Shown in pieces: positions 18,563 through 26,749 of a stretch of 64,000 bases of DNA. A program made the position numbers and the translations under genes. How positions within the stretch are numbered: the stretch's first letter is position 1; each line of letters begins with the position of its first letter. The notes under the pieces are model-generated. The model worked only from the letters and a program-made list of their open reading frames with translations. It made no database searches and had not been told where the DNA came from. The stretch is from NCBI GenBank assembly GCA_030603365.1, contig JAUVXV010000008.1, positions 1 through 64,000 of the forward strand. The letters run 5' to 3'. This DNA comes from Candidatus Heimdallarchaeota archaeon. GTDB taxonomy: Archaea > Asgardarchaeota > Heimdallarchaeia > Heimdallarchaeales > Heimdallarchaeaceae.

Positions 18563-19435
18563 CTATTCCTCTATATTCTTCCCAATGTTTTCGGTAAATT
18601 CCAAAGAAGGTTGTTCTACTTCTGGATGAACATAATTATTCCAATAGAGCTCATCGCAGAATTTAGCATGATGAAGAGTTTGTGTTCTTCGAAGATGGAT
18701 TATCTCATTTTCATTCCATTCAGGGACATCTGCGATGTAACATGAAGCTAAATAAGCGACATCAGGGTCATTAAAATCCTTCAAAGCTTCTGGAGTTAGA
18801 CAACTATCAAAACGATATACAATCTTGTGGTCATCAAAAATATAGTATGCAAATTCTGCAAGACCAACTTTGCACCAAGATTCAATCGACCTCTTATTAG
18901 AGCCTAAAATTGTTACTTCTTTAGGATCAGCAGGTTTTTCTTTTTTATCCTTAGATTTTATTTCTTTAATCATATGAGGAACTATCTGTTTATAAATTTC
19001 AGTTCCTTCCTCTTTTCCATAGATATCGACTAGAGTCCTGACTAGATAATAAGAAAGTCTTTCCATTGCTTTAATTCGATCAAAATAAAATAATTCTATC
19101 TCTCCTTTATCAGATTTATAGTCATCCGGTAATTTAATCATTTTACATGTGTAGTTGAATATTGCTTTTTCAAGGTTAGGGAAATTGGGTAACAATTCTA
19201 GTTCTTCCCTTATTATTTCCCAGTCGAAAGCATCTGATTTGAATTCATAATCTCCAATTGCTTCTTCTATTTTGTTTTTTAGTGCAGAGATATATAAGCT
19301 CAAATCTTCTGGTCTTATCTTTCTGAAAATTCTTATGACTAAATCTGCTCTCCCAAATCGCGCTTTAATTTGATCTAAAGGGTTTGTCTTTCCTTTTTTT
19401 GTTAAACTGAAACACTTGTGGTTCTCAATTTTCAT
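18563..19435 (-). CDS. Protein with C-terminal ATC-hydrolase-like domain, tandem paralogue of 17691-18560
   Basis: LVDIYGKEEG, CLTPEALKDFNDPDVAYLASCYIAD...LRRTQTLHHAKFCD. Same length and layout as its neighbour. Confidence 0.7.
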   Translation of the reverse strand: MKIENHKCFSLTKKGKTNPLDQIKARFGRADLVIRIFRKIRPEDLSLYISALKNKIEEAIGDYEFKSDAFDWEIIREELELLPNFPNLEKAIFNYTCKMIKLPDDYKSDKGEIELFYFDRIKAMERLSYYLVRTLVDIYGKEEGTEIYKQIVPHMIKEIKSKDKKEKPADPKEVTILGSNKRSIESWCKVGLAEFAYYIFDDHKIVYRFDSCLTPEALKDFNDPDVAYLASCYIADVPEWNENEIIHLRRTQTLHHAKFCDELYWNNYVHPEVEQPSLEFTENIGKNIEE

Positions 19436-19576
19436 TTGTTAATCATCTTACCAATATTTGTTACAAAATTCATTCAATTATATAGTAAGCTCAAAATCTA
19501 TGCACTTATTAATGTTTCATTGAACATAAGATCACCCTTCAATGACTAAGAAAACTGATGCTTTTACATTTATTTT

Positions 19577-20446
19577 TCAACTCTCAGAAGTATTTTCTTC
19601 AAGTAATATAGGTTTTTTGAACATATTTTTTCTATCAAAGAAAATGATCGTCAAGAGGATAATGAAGTAAATTATTCCCCCCCAGATAGGTCGATGGTAT
19701 TTTATAAACACTCTGTTTGCTAGATTATGCATTACATGAAAAATAATCATTATAGGTAAATTCTCTGTTTTAAGATAAATCCAGACATATATACATGAAA
19801 TTACAGTTACAGTAAAAACAAACTGTGGAAAGGTCTCCCAAGATCTACCTCCATAAACATACTGCAATAGATGCCACACAGCCCAAATTACGCCAATAAT
19901 AATTCCAGAGACAGTAGGTCGATATTTTTTGTTCATTTTAGGAACAGCAAATCCTCTCCATCCTGGTTCCTCAGCTATTCCAGCAAAAATAATATTGGTT
20001 ATTATCACTGAAAAATCTATACCCCATATACTTACATCAAAATATGATAGATTGTAAGGATTACCAAATATCAGATTAATAATTATTGGAATTGAATATA
20101 CGATTATGGGCATAAAAAATGCCATTAAGTACCAATAGTACTTTACTTTGAATTTGATAAATTGCTTAAAGAACTTCTTTAGTCCTTCTTTCCCTTCAGA
20201 ATACCAGATTGTTAATATTGCTGCAAAAAATGGTCCAAAAGATTGAAGTCCTACGAAGATATAACAGAGGACACCAATAAAACTATCAAAACTTCTCATT
20301 TGATAGATGAAACTAAGAGGGTATATGAACAAGAACAACATCCCCCATGTGATAAAAAATGAGAGAATAAAGAAAATTAGGAGAGGTGGAAACTTACCAT
20401 GATTTTCTTGATCACTTATTTCGTTCCCATCAATCATCTGAGCCAC
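19577..20446 (-). CDS. CPBP (CAAX protease/Abi) family intramembrane metalloprotease
   Basis: EEPGWRGFA, WAVWHL and FHVMHN motifs in a multi-TM protein. Confidence 0.9.
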   Translation of the reverse strand: MAQMIDGNEISDQENHGKFPPLLIFFILSFFITWGMLFLFIYPLSFIYQMRSFDSFIGVLCYIFVGLQSFGPFFAAILTIWYSEGKEGLKKFFKQFIKFKVKYYWYLMAFFMPIIVYSIPIIINLIFGNPYNLSYFDVSIWGIDFSVIITNIIFAGIAEEPGWRGFAVPKMNKKYRPTVSGIIIGVIWAVWHLLQYVYGGRSWETFPQFVFTVTVISCIYVWIYLKTENLPIMIIFHVMHNLANRVFIKYHRPIWGGIIYFIILLTIIFFDRKNMFKKPILLEENTSES

Positions 20447-20579
20447 CTGAGCTAATCTTAGTATTTGGGGATAGTTTTCTTTTTCACACAGTTATAACAA
20501 TATTGTTGATTTAACGCTATATCTTTTTTTTTCTTTTTAATTCTATACTTTTTTAAATTAGTTTGTGTAAACTAATAAG

Positions 20580-20963
20580 ATGAAATTCCTCTGTAAAAAG
20601 TGTGATTCAAAATTTGATGAAGAATATAATGATTTATTTGAACATATTAAATGTCCAAATTGCAATCATAAGGACATTGTCTTGAACTTCATTGTACAAG
20701 GGGTTCATCCTCCAGAAGTAGGTCTTGGTATATCTTATTGGGAATTTGAGGATGTTTTAGAAGAAGGTAAAATCAACTATCTTAAGCAGTTCTTTGATGA
20801 AGAGTTCAATCTTCAGTATTCTCGAACTGGAGACGATTTTTCGTTATCTAGGAAATCTGGTCATAAAGTTGACATTAAAGAAATCTATGAAATAACACAG
20901 AAAGATGGTAAGCTCCAGAGAATAATCTACAATATTTATTACGTTCTTCTTCAAGGAAACTAA
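20580..20963 (+). CDS. Zinc-ribbon hypothetical protein
   Basis: N-terminal CKKC...CPNC. Confidence 0.6.
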   Translation: MKFLCKKCDSKFDEEYNDLFEHIKCPNCNHKDIVLNFIVQGVHPPEVGLGISYWEFEDVLEEGKINYLKQFFDEEFNLQYSRTGDDFSLSRKSGHKVDIKEIYEITQKDGKLQRIIYNIYYVLLQGN

Positions 20964-21085
20964 AAACAGCAATAAATACTTATAGAACTCATTGAGTTAG
21001 ATATAGGTGATTCTTGGCTTAACCACATACTTTATTAGTGGGGTTCTCAAGTCCGTATATAGGTTAAAAGTTGTTTGATTAGATT

Positions 21086-21190
21086 TTGACGTAGTCTTTA
21101 AAAGTTAGGTAAATTTCTGATTAACAGTTTTTGATTAAAACAAGATACTAAAAGTGTCAACAAAGAAATAATTTACGGAGGAATTCCTTT
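21086..21190 (+). promoter_or_regulatory. Structured 5' leader of second cold-shock gene with SD-sequestering hairpin
   Basis: TTGAC(21086)/GTCAA(21156) closes a long stem containing AGTTAG/CTGATT. GGAGG-AATT-CCTTT hairpin at 21177-21190 covers the SD and part of the TTG start. Confidence 0.5.
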
Positions 21191-21386
21191 GAAAGGTGTT
21201 ATTAAAAGAGTAATGTACGACCGAAATTATGGTTTTATCAATGTTGAAGGAGAAGAAAAAGATATTTTCTTCCACAGTTCCGGATGCAAAGCAGATTTCC
21301 AAGATCTAAGAGAAGGTGTTGAAGTCGAATTTGATATTGAAGAAACCGATAGAGGTAAACAAGCTACAAATGTAGTTACTGCATAA
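21189..21386 (+). CDS. cspA: Cold-shock domain protein (paralogue of 17180)
   Basis: RNYGFI, DIFFHSS, LREG.EVEFDIE.TDRGKQA. TTG start with GGAGG SD. Confidence 0.95.
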   Translation: MKGVIKRVMYDRNYGFINVEGEEKDIFFHSSGCKADFQDLREGVEVEFDIEETDRGKQATNVVTA

Positions 21387-21529
21387 AATACAGCAGGAAG
21401 AAGTCAAAAGTGTTGCCAAAGAATATATTGCTCAGTTCCCAATTGAAGTAAAAATCTTTGTTGCAAACCCTACTTTTTTTTATTTGTTTTATAATTCTAG
21501 TTTTTGTCTATTTGAAGAACCAACTATTC

Positions 21530-22780
21530 TCAAGTAAAGCTTATTTGTATATAGAGATCGATTTCTTGATTTTTCCTTAAAACTCCACTGACATAGAAAG
21601 TTTCGTAATTACGGATATTCTGTTCCTTTAGAGTTAAATTTAGTTCAACTTCTTCAGGGTCTTTTTTGTCTATTCTCCAGAAAGTAGGTGGAAATTCTAA
21701 ATCATGCGTGTAACCTTTGTTTTTAATTATTGTAAGAATAGTATCAACTGTTGTTGTATTTGGGAGTTTAAATTTCTTTATCACAGCAGCATTTGGTCCA
21801 CACAGAACACATTTTTTATTTGGAGGTTTTTCAAAGTAGAAAAATTTACCAATTAATCCATTATAAATTGTGTACTCATTATTTACTGATCCTAGTTTAA
21901 CTCCTTTTACATGATGCAAGAGTTTCAATGCTTCTTGAGATTGAAGAGATGCTATTATTGCATTTATTGTTATAATTGTGGGATCATGCTGATCAACCAT
22001 TTTTACTACTTCATCTATTGTAAAAATGCTCTCCTTTGGAAAATGTTCCTTAGTAAGCTTATTTGCATAGGCTAAAACAATTCTCATTTCTTCAAGGACA
22101 GTTGTATCAGGTGGTCGATTATGTTTTGATTCAAAATGTAACTGCCCTTTAAGTAAACAATGCGACCTTTTTCTTGGGATTCCAACTAGTGTACAAGCTG
22201 CTAAAGTTTCTCTTTCTCTTTCTGCTTGAGGGTCACATTGAAGGCATGCATTTTTTCCGGGTAAATAGGTATAAACATGACCATAATATGTTACTGTTCC
22301 ACCATCTATCAATGGTTTCCTGTAATGAACTGCTCTTCTATTCAGTTCACTTCTTGCTATAACTGAATCTAGACCCGAGATTAGAAGATCTGCATTAACA
22401 TAAATTTGAGGATCTATATCTTCCAGATTTGAATGATGCCATATATATCTACAATATGGGTTAATTTTTCTTAGTGTCCTTGCTGCAACTTTAGATTTTG
22501 GCTCTCCTTCATCAGCGTCAGAAAACAAGATTTGTCTGTTCAAATTCGAATACTCTATGATATCTAAATCTATCAGATGTAAAGTCCCCACACCAGCCAT
22601 TGCAAGATTCTTAGCTACTTCAGTACCTAATCCACCTATACCTACAATAACTACTATTGAATCTTTCAATGCTTTTTGATTCCATCCAGGTAATCGTAAT
22701 TGTCTATCAAATCGTTTTCTTTCTTCGGAAGAGAAAGATTCATCAAAAAAATTAGACTGTTGTTTAGTATTTTTATCCAT
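21530..22780 (-). CDS. Ubiquitin-like activating enzyme E1 (ThiF fold with Uba3-like catalytic-Cys and C-terminal ubiquitin-fold domains)
   Basis: RFDRQ, GIGGLG, D.D.IEYSNLNRQ.LF, CLQC and CVLC zinc pairs, catalytic AACTLVGIPR..SHC, C-terminal beta-grasp-like extension. Confidence 0.9.
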   Translation of the reverse strand: MDKNTKQQSNFFDESFSSEERKRFDRQLRLPGWNQKALKDSIVVIVGIGGLGTEVAKNLAMAGVGTLHLIDLDIIEYSNLNRQILFSDADEGEPKSKVAARTLRKINPYCRYIWHHSNLEDIDPQIYVNADLLISGLDSVIARSELNRRAVHYRKPLIDGGTVTYYGHVYTYLPGKNACLQCDPQAERERETLAACTLVGIPRKRSHCLLKGQLHFESKHNRPPDTTVLEEMRIVLAYANKLTKEHFPKESIFTIDEVVKMVDQHDPTIITINAIIASLQSQEALKLLHHVKGVKLGSVNNEYTIYNGLIGKFFYFEKPPNKKCVLCGPNAAVIKKFKLPNTTTVDTILTIIKNKGYTHDLEFPPTFWRIDKKDPEEVELNLTLKEQNIRNYETFYVSGVLRKNQEIDLYIQISFT

Positions 22781-22889
22781 TAGTATACAGCTCTGTGATT
22801 TTTGTTTTATACTCCCATAGAATATTGCATTATATTAAAAAATTAAAAGGAAAGGAGAAACTATTTCGTCCAATCCCAAGAATATTTTT

Positions 22890-23252
22890 TTACTTACCAG
22901 CTGTTGATACAGGAATAAGTAGGACAGTATCTCCGTCTTCGACACCATAGTCTTCAAATGTATCATCAGGATCACATGTTCTACCTGCATGAGATAGATG
23001 AAATTCGTCTGGAGGTAATCCAAAGATTTGACTTACAGTGTATTTGATATCCCCAATTGGTGCATCAGTAGCTACAACTAGTTTTTCTTGTTTTGGACTT
23101 GGTCCGATTGTACTTTGGAAATAGACACTGATCTTTTTACCAGCAGGAGTCTTAGACTTTTCTGGTGTCTTAGAAATAATGTCTTCTTCTTCAACTTCCT
23201 CTTCTTCTTCCTCAAAGGATAATTCTTCAAATTCTTCGCTCATTTTTATCAT
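22890..23252 (-). CDS. Ubiquitin-like protein with acidic N-terminal extension, C-terminus ...STAG-K
   Basis: IGDIKYTVSQIFGLPPDEFHLSHAGRTCDPDDTFEDYGVEDGDTVLLI matches the ubiquitin beta-grasp pattern. Directly upstream of the E1. Confidence 0.88.
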   Translation of the reverse strand: MIKMSEEFEELSFEEEEEEVEEEDIISKTPEKSKTPAGKKISVYFQSTIGPSPKQEKLVVATDAPIGDIKYTVSQIFGLPPDEFHLSHAGRTCDPDDTFEDYGVEDGDTVLLIPVSTAGK

Positions 23253-23485
23253 TCCTATTTTAACACATCTTATATTTAATTAATAAGCATATTAAAAATT
23301 TCCTTTTTGGGTATAAAAAACATTCTTATTTAGAAAAATAAATAACAAAAATAGTTTGAAACTATCTAAAAGACTAATAAAAGGAAAAAAGATAACCTAA
23401 ATGACAGATATATATTGTAAAGAGGAGCAAGAAATTCTAATTTTGCGATAGAAAATGAAAGGCAAAGAGTGAGTGTGACTTACTG

Positions 23486-24217
23486 ATGAAAGATAAAAAC
23501 AAGCAAAAACGGCATTCATCAAAGAAACCTAAGCAGAAATTCCCTATAGATTCAAAGATACCAAGACAAAAATCTCCTTCTGATAAAATTCCTAAACAAC
23601 GAATTGGGGATGATAGTCTACTTCCTCCTAAAAGACAGAGATCAAGAAAAGAATCATCAGCTCCCAGTAAGTCCAGATTAAAACAAGATGAAATAAGGAA
23701 GTCTAACAAAGGAATTGAAAAAGAAAGAATAGTAACTAAGAAACCTAAAGGAGAGAGATTTGTAGATCAACCAAAACAAAGCAAAGGAATTCCAAAACAA
23801 AAAATTCCCAAAACTAAAATTCCACAACAAGATAAACTAGAGAAAACCAAGGAAAGGAATATTATTCCTGATGACAGTGAATCAAGAAAAAAAGAGAAGA
23901 AGGAATCAACACCACCAAGAAGAGAAAATTTTAGAGAGATTAAGACACTAGATTCGAAAGCCTTGGAGAAAACTGAGAGGGAAAAAAGAGAATCTTCTCC
24001 TCCTCCGTCAAACAATAAGGATCAATTTTCTGAAACTGAAAAACATGATTCAAGAACGGTTCCAAAAGAAGAGAAAGTAAGAGAGAAGAGGGAAAGAGAA
24101 GCTCCAGTTACAAGAGAAATTGAGGAAAAACCAAAACACAAACAACCAACTCAGAAGATTCCAAGCCAGAAATATCCTCAACAGACAAAAAAACCTAAAC
24201 AAAAGAAACCTAGGTAA
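23486..24217 (+). CDS. Lys/Arg/Glu/Pro-rich intrinsically disordered protein with P-x-Q-K-(I)-P repeats
   Basis: 243 aa open frame, almost no hydrophobic residues. Repeats KPKQKFP, IPRQKSP, IPKQRI, IPKQKIPKTKIPQQ, PTQKIPSQKYPQQ, KPKQKKP. Confidence 0.7.
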   Translation: MKDKNKQKRHSSKKPKQKFPIDSKIPRQKSPSDKIPKQRIGDDSLLPPKRQRSRKESSAPSKSRLKQDEIRKSNKGIEKERIVTKKPKGERFVDQPKQSKGIPKQKIPKTKIPQQDKLEKTKERNIIPDDSESRKKEKKESTPPRRENFREIKTLDSKALEKTEREKRESSPPPSNNKDQFSETEKHDSRTVPKEEKVREKREREAPVTREIEEKPKHKQPTQKIPSQKYPQQTKKPKQKKPR

Positions 24218-24239
24218 TTCCCTTCAGAGAGACTTTTTT

Positions 24240-24833
24240 TCATACAAATAAAGTTAACAGAGCTGAATAGAAGTATACAATTCCAAAAATCATTAAAAAT
24301 AGATTTTCTAGATAAAACAATGTGATCAGAATATATATTGCAGGTATTATTAGCATTAATAGAAAACCAAAAAGTTTTGGGGGAATACCTTTTTCACTTG
24401 TACCTTTCATTCTTATGAATGGATATCTGATGAAAGTCCTAAATAGCAAGAAATTACTGAAGATGTAATAAGGTAAAAGGAAGAAATCAACAATTGTGAT
24501 AAAAAAATCATAAGATGAACTACCAATATTAAATGTGCTTGTTGAAATTATAGCTGAATCAAGATCATTTATTCCTAACAATATTTGTGCTAAAACGATT
24601 ATTACTGGGACTAAAGGAACTATTAATACAAAGAAAACTTCGTTGAACGTTGCATTATGTTTTAAGTAATATATACTTCTAAATGTGAAGAAAAGTGTCA
24701 AAAATGCGAAAATTGCAATAAAAATATATAACTTACCAAACTCATTGTTTTCTTCTATGAAATAGTATATAGATACACCTACCAGTGTCAGAGACACAAG
24801 AAATGCAGCAGTGAGTTGTGATATTGTTCTCAT
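24240..24833 (-). CDS. Polytopic membrane protein, RING-less paralogue of the TM domain of 24902-25984
   Basis: About 6 TMs. YYLKHNA vs HYKKHNA, and DFFITIVDFFLLPYYIF vs EFFFNLISISLLIPSIIF. Confidence 0.75.
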   Translation of the reverse strand: MRTISQLTAAFLVSLTLVGVSIYYFIEENNEFGKLYIFIAIFAFLTLFFTFRSIYYLKHNATFNEVFFVLIVPLVPVIIVLAQILLGINDLDSAIISTSTFNIGSSSYDFFITIVDFFLLPYYIFSNFLLFRTFIRYPFIRMKGTSEKGIPPKLFGFLLMLIIPAIYILITLFYLENLFLMIFGIVYFYSALLTLFV

Positions 24834-24901
24834 GTTAACACCAAGTTTCTTCAGTATGGTTCTATTTTAACTATTTTTTAAAATATTGGCATATCTTACA
24901 T

Positions 24902-25984
24902 TTATAGTTTTTCAATTATCTTCTCAATATATATTCGTATTGTAATTCGATATTTTGGATTATTAACATATCGTGTTGAGATAGGTTGATTACACCTTGC
25001 ACATAGTCTGGACTTCTGAAACCAGTTAAGAAATTCGTCTTCATGTGCAGGATATTTACAGTTAGGACATAAAATAATTTTTCTTGTATCTTTCTTATCA
25101 AAATCCATATAGCAAATTATACATTGCATCTCTTCTTTCTTAGGTGTTCCAATTGGGAACATACTTTTGCTTACTGTTGTGATTGTTTTAGTAGTCTTAG
25201 TTCTTCTTCTTGTTGTAGTAACATCTATACCTGGATCAACTCTTGCTCTTGTTGAAACGCTCCTTTGTCTATTTCTTGAAGATACGGAAACATCTCCTCT
25301 TCTCTGAGAGCTAGAAGCCCTTGAGGAAGCTGTTCGAGTAGATGCACGTCTTGTAGTTACTTTAACTTCTCTTCTTGATTTATTTATTGCAACATAAACA
25401 AAGTATCTGAATATATAGACTATATACAATATCACGAAAATAAAACAAACAAAGTCAATTTGTCCATTAATAAAGAAGCCAATTAAAAAGGTTAAAACGA
25501 TCAAACTGTGAAATAAGAAAGGAAGTGTCCTTCCTCTTTTTATTTTTCGATTTATAGCCATTCCAGGCCATTTTCCTGAATAAAAATTACTGAAGAATAT
25601 TAAGAAAATAATTGAAGGAATTAAAAGTGATATTGATATCAGGTTAAAGAAAAACTCAATAGTTCCTCCTCCTGACAGATTAGTAGTTGTCGCGAAAATT
25701 TCAGCTGCCCAAGCTTCTGGAGAGATATAATTTCCCATTAACATTACAGAGAAAGGTAAAATCAAGAATTGGCTACTGGCCAAAATAGCATTGTGTTTCT
25801 TATAATGCTGTCTTTCTAGAATATATTTGAGAGCTACAATGAAGTACAATGTAATAAAGAAAATAGTTAGAGTTACTGGTCTATCACGCTGGATAATTGC
25901 ATAAAGAGTACCTATAGTTGAACCAATAATTGCAATTGCTAAGTAAGTTTTCCAGTTATTTAATTCCAATTTTAAGCAACTCAA
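24902..25984 (-). CDS. Polytopic membrane RING-finger protein (putative E3 ligase)
   Basis: About 6 TMs, R/S/T-rich linker, then CIIC-x14-CPNC-x4-H-x2-E-x3-W-x6-CARC. Confidence 0.85.
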   Translation of the reverse strand: MSCLKLELNNWKTYLAIAIIGSTIGTLYAIIQRDRPVTLTIFFITLYFIVALKYILERQHYKKHNAILASSQFLILPFSVMLMGNYISPEAWAAEIFATTTNLSGGGTIEFFFNLISISLLIPSIIFLIFFSNFYSGKWPGMAINRKIKRGRTLPFLFHSLIVLTFLIGFFINGQIDFVCFIFVILYIVYIFRYFVYVAINKSRREVKVTTRRASTRTASSRASSSQRRGDVSVSSRNRQRSVSTRARVDPGIDVTTTRRRTKTTKTITTVSKSMFPIGTPKKEEMQCIICYMDFDKKDTRKIILCPNCKYPAHEDEFLNWFQKSRLCARCNQPISTRYVNNPKYRITIRIYIEKIIEKL

Positions 25985-25989
25985 ATGTT

Positions 25990-26712
25990 TTAGTCATTCT
26001 GATTCAACTTAGTTTTCATAAACATAGTAATTGATTCATAACTTGCTTCACTGCTCATTCCTTGTATCTCACAAGACAGTTCATAGTAATTCCTTTTATC
26101 GTCATGAATACGGAACACACCTACACCAAAATTTGCAGGAGTAATCATTAGAGGATCGATGACCAATGCTATCGATTTATTCCAAAAAGTTTGATATCTC
26201 AAATGTGTACTATAGTCATCATCACTAAGAAAGGGAGTATAGCTTGGATGAGAATGTGCCCAGCCTATAATAAAATGATTACTATCTTTTTTATTGAAAA
26301 TTTCTGTAAAGATTCTTTGATCAACTATTTCAACGCTCACTGCATCACCTTGATCAACTGGCCAGTAATCTTCAACAAATATCTGTTCTAAAGGTGTATC
26401 TTCATTTCTGATTTTTCCTGTTAACAGACCAATAACTTCCACCCAATCCTTTTTTGGTACGTTCTTGTTAGCATAAGTTAGGGCATGTTTTGCAAGTTTA
26501 AGGTAAGCTTTTGGGTTCAAAGCAATTTCTGATCTTGGTTTAATTTGAAGATCATCTTCTGAAATTGTTTCTATACTAATACTCTCTGTATCTGTTACCT
26601 TTTCTTCTATAATATTGTCTATCTTGTAAAGTTCAAGCGCTTTTTCTAAAGCTTCGACTTTTTTAAGGAGTATCTTGTACTCCTCTGGAAAATCGTTTTC
26701 TTCGTTTGTCAT
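25990..26712 (-). CDS. JAB/MPN+ (JAMM) metalloisopeptidase, Rpn11/Csn5-like
   Basis: EVIGLL.G, GWAHSHPSYTPFLS..D (JAMM H-x-H-x7-S-x2-D), ALVIDP. N-terminal coiled-coil-like segment. Confidence 0.92.
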   Translation of the reverse strand: MTNEENDFPEEYKILLKKVEALEKALELYKIDNIIEEKVTDTESISIETISEDDLQIKPRSEIALNPKAYLKLAKHALTYANKNVPKKDWVEVIGLLTGKIRNEDTPLEQIFVEDYWPVDQGDAVSVEIVDQRIFTEIFNKKDSNHFIIGWAHSHPSYTPFLSDDDYSTHLRYQTFWNKSIALVIDPLMITPANFGVGVFRIHDDKRNYYELSCEIQGMSSEASYESITMFMKTKLNQND

Positions 26713-26749
26713 TTTTTGAACTCCAAAGTTTATTTTCTAGTTTTTCTAA

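Noticed and set aside
17180-21386. Two csp copies as direct repeats bounding a mobile element
   Set aside because: The copies are clearly diverged, and no integrase, transposase or target-site duplication lies between them.
21530-23252. E1 + Ubl as a ThiF/MoeB-ThiS/MoaD sulfur-carrier pair (XdhC, DsrE and rhodanese are in the window)
   Set aside because: The linked E2, RING and JAB genes and the Uba3-like Cys domain indicate protein conjugation. The sulfur and Moco genes are 20-30 kb away.
23437-24015. Antisense ORFs 23437-23709 and 23767-24015
   Set aside because: Phe/Leu/Ser-rich shadows of the purine-rich IDR gene on the other strand.
23486-24217. Repeats as CRISPR or DNA-level tandem array
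   Set aside because: The repeats are degenerate, irregularly spaced and conserved at the amino-acid level only.
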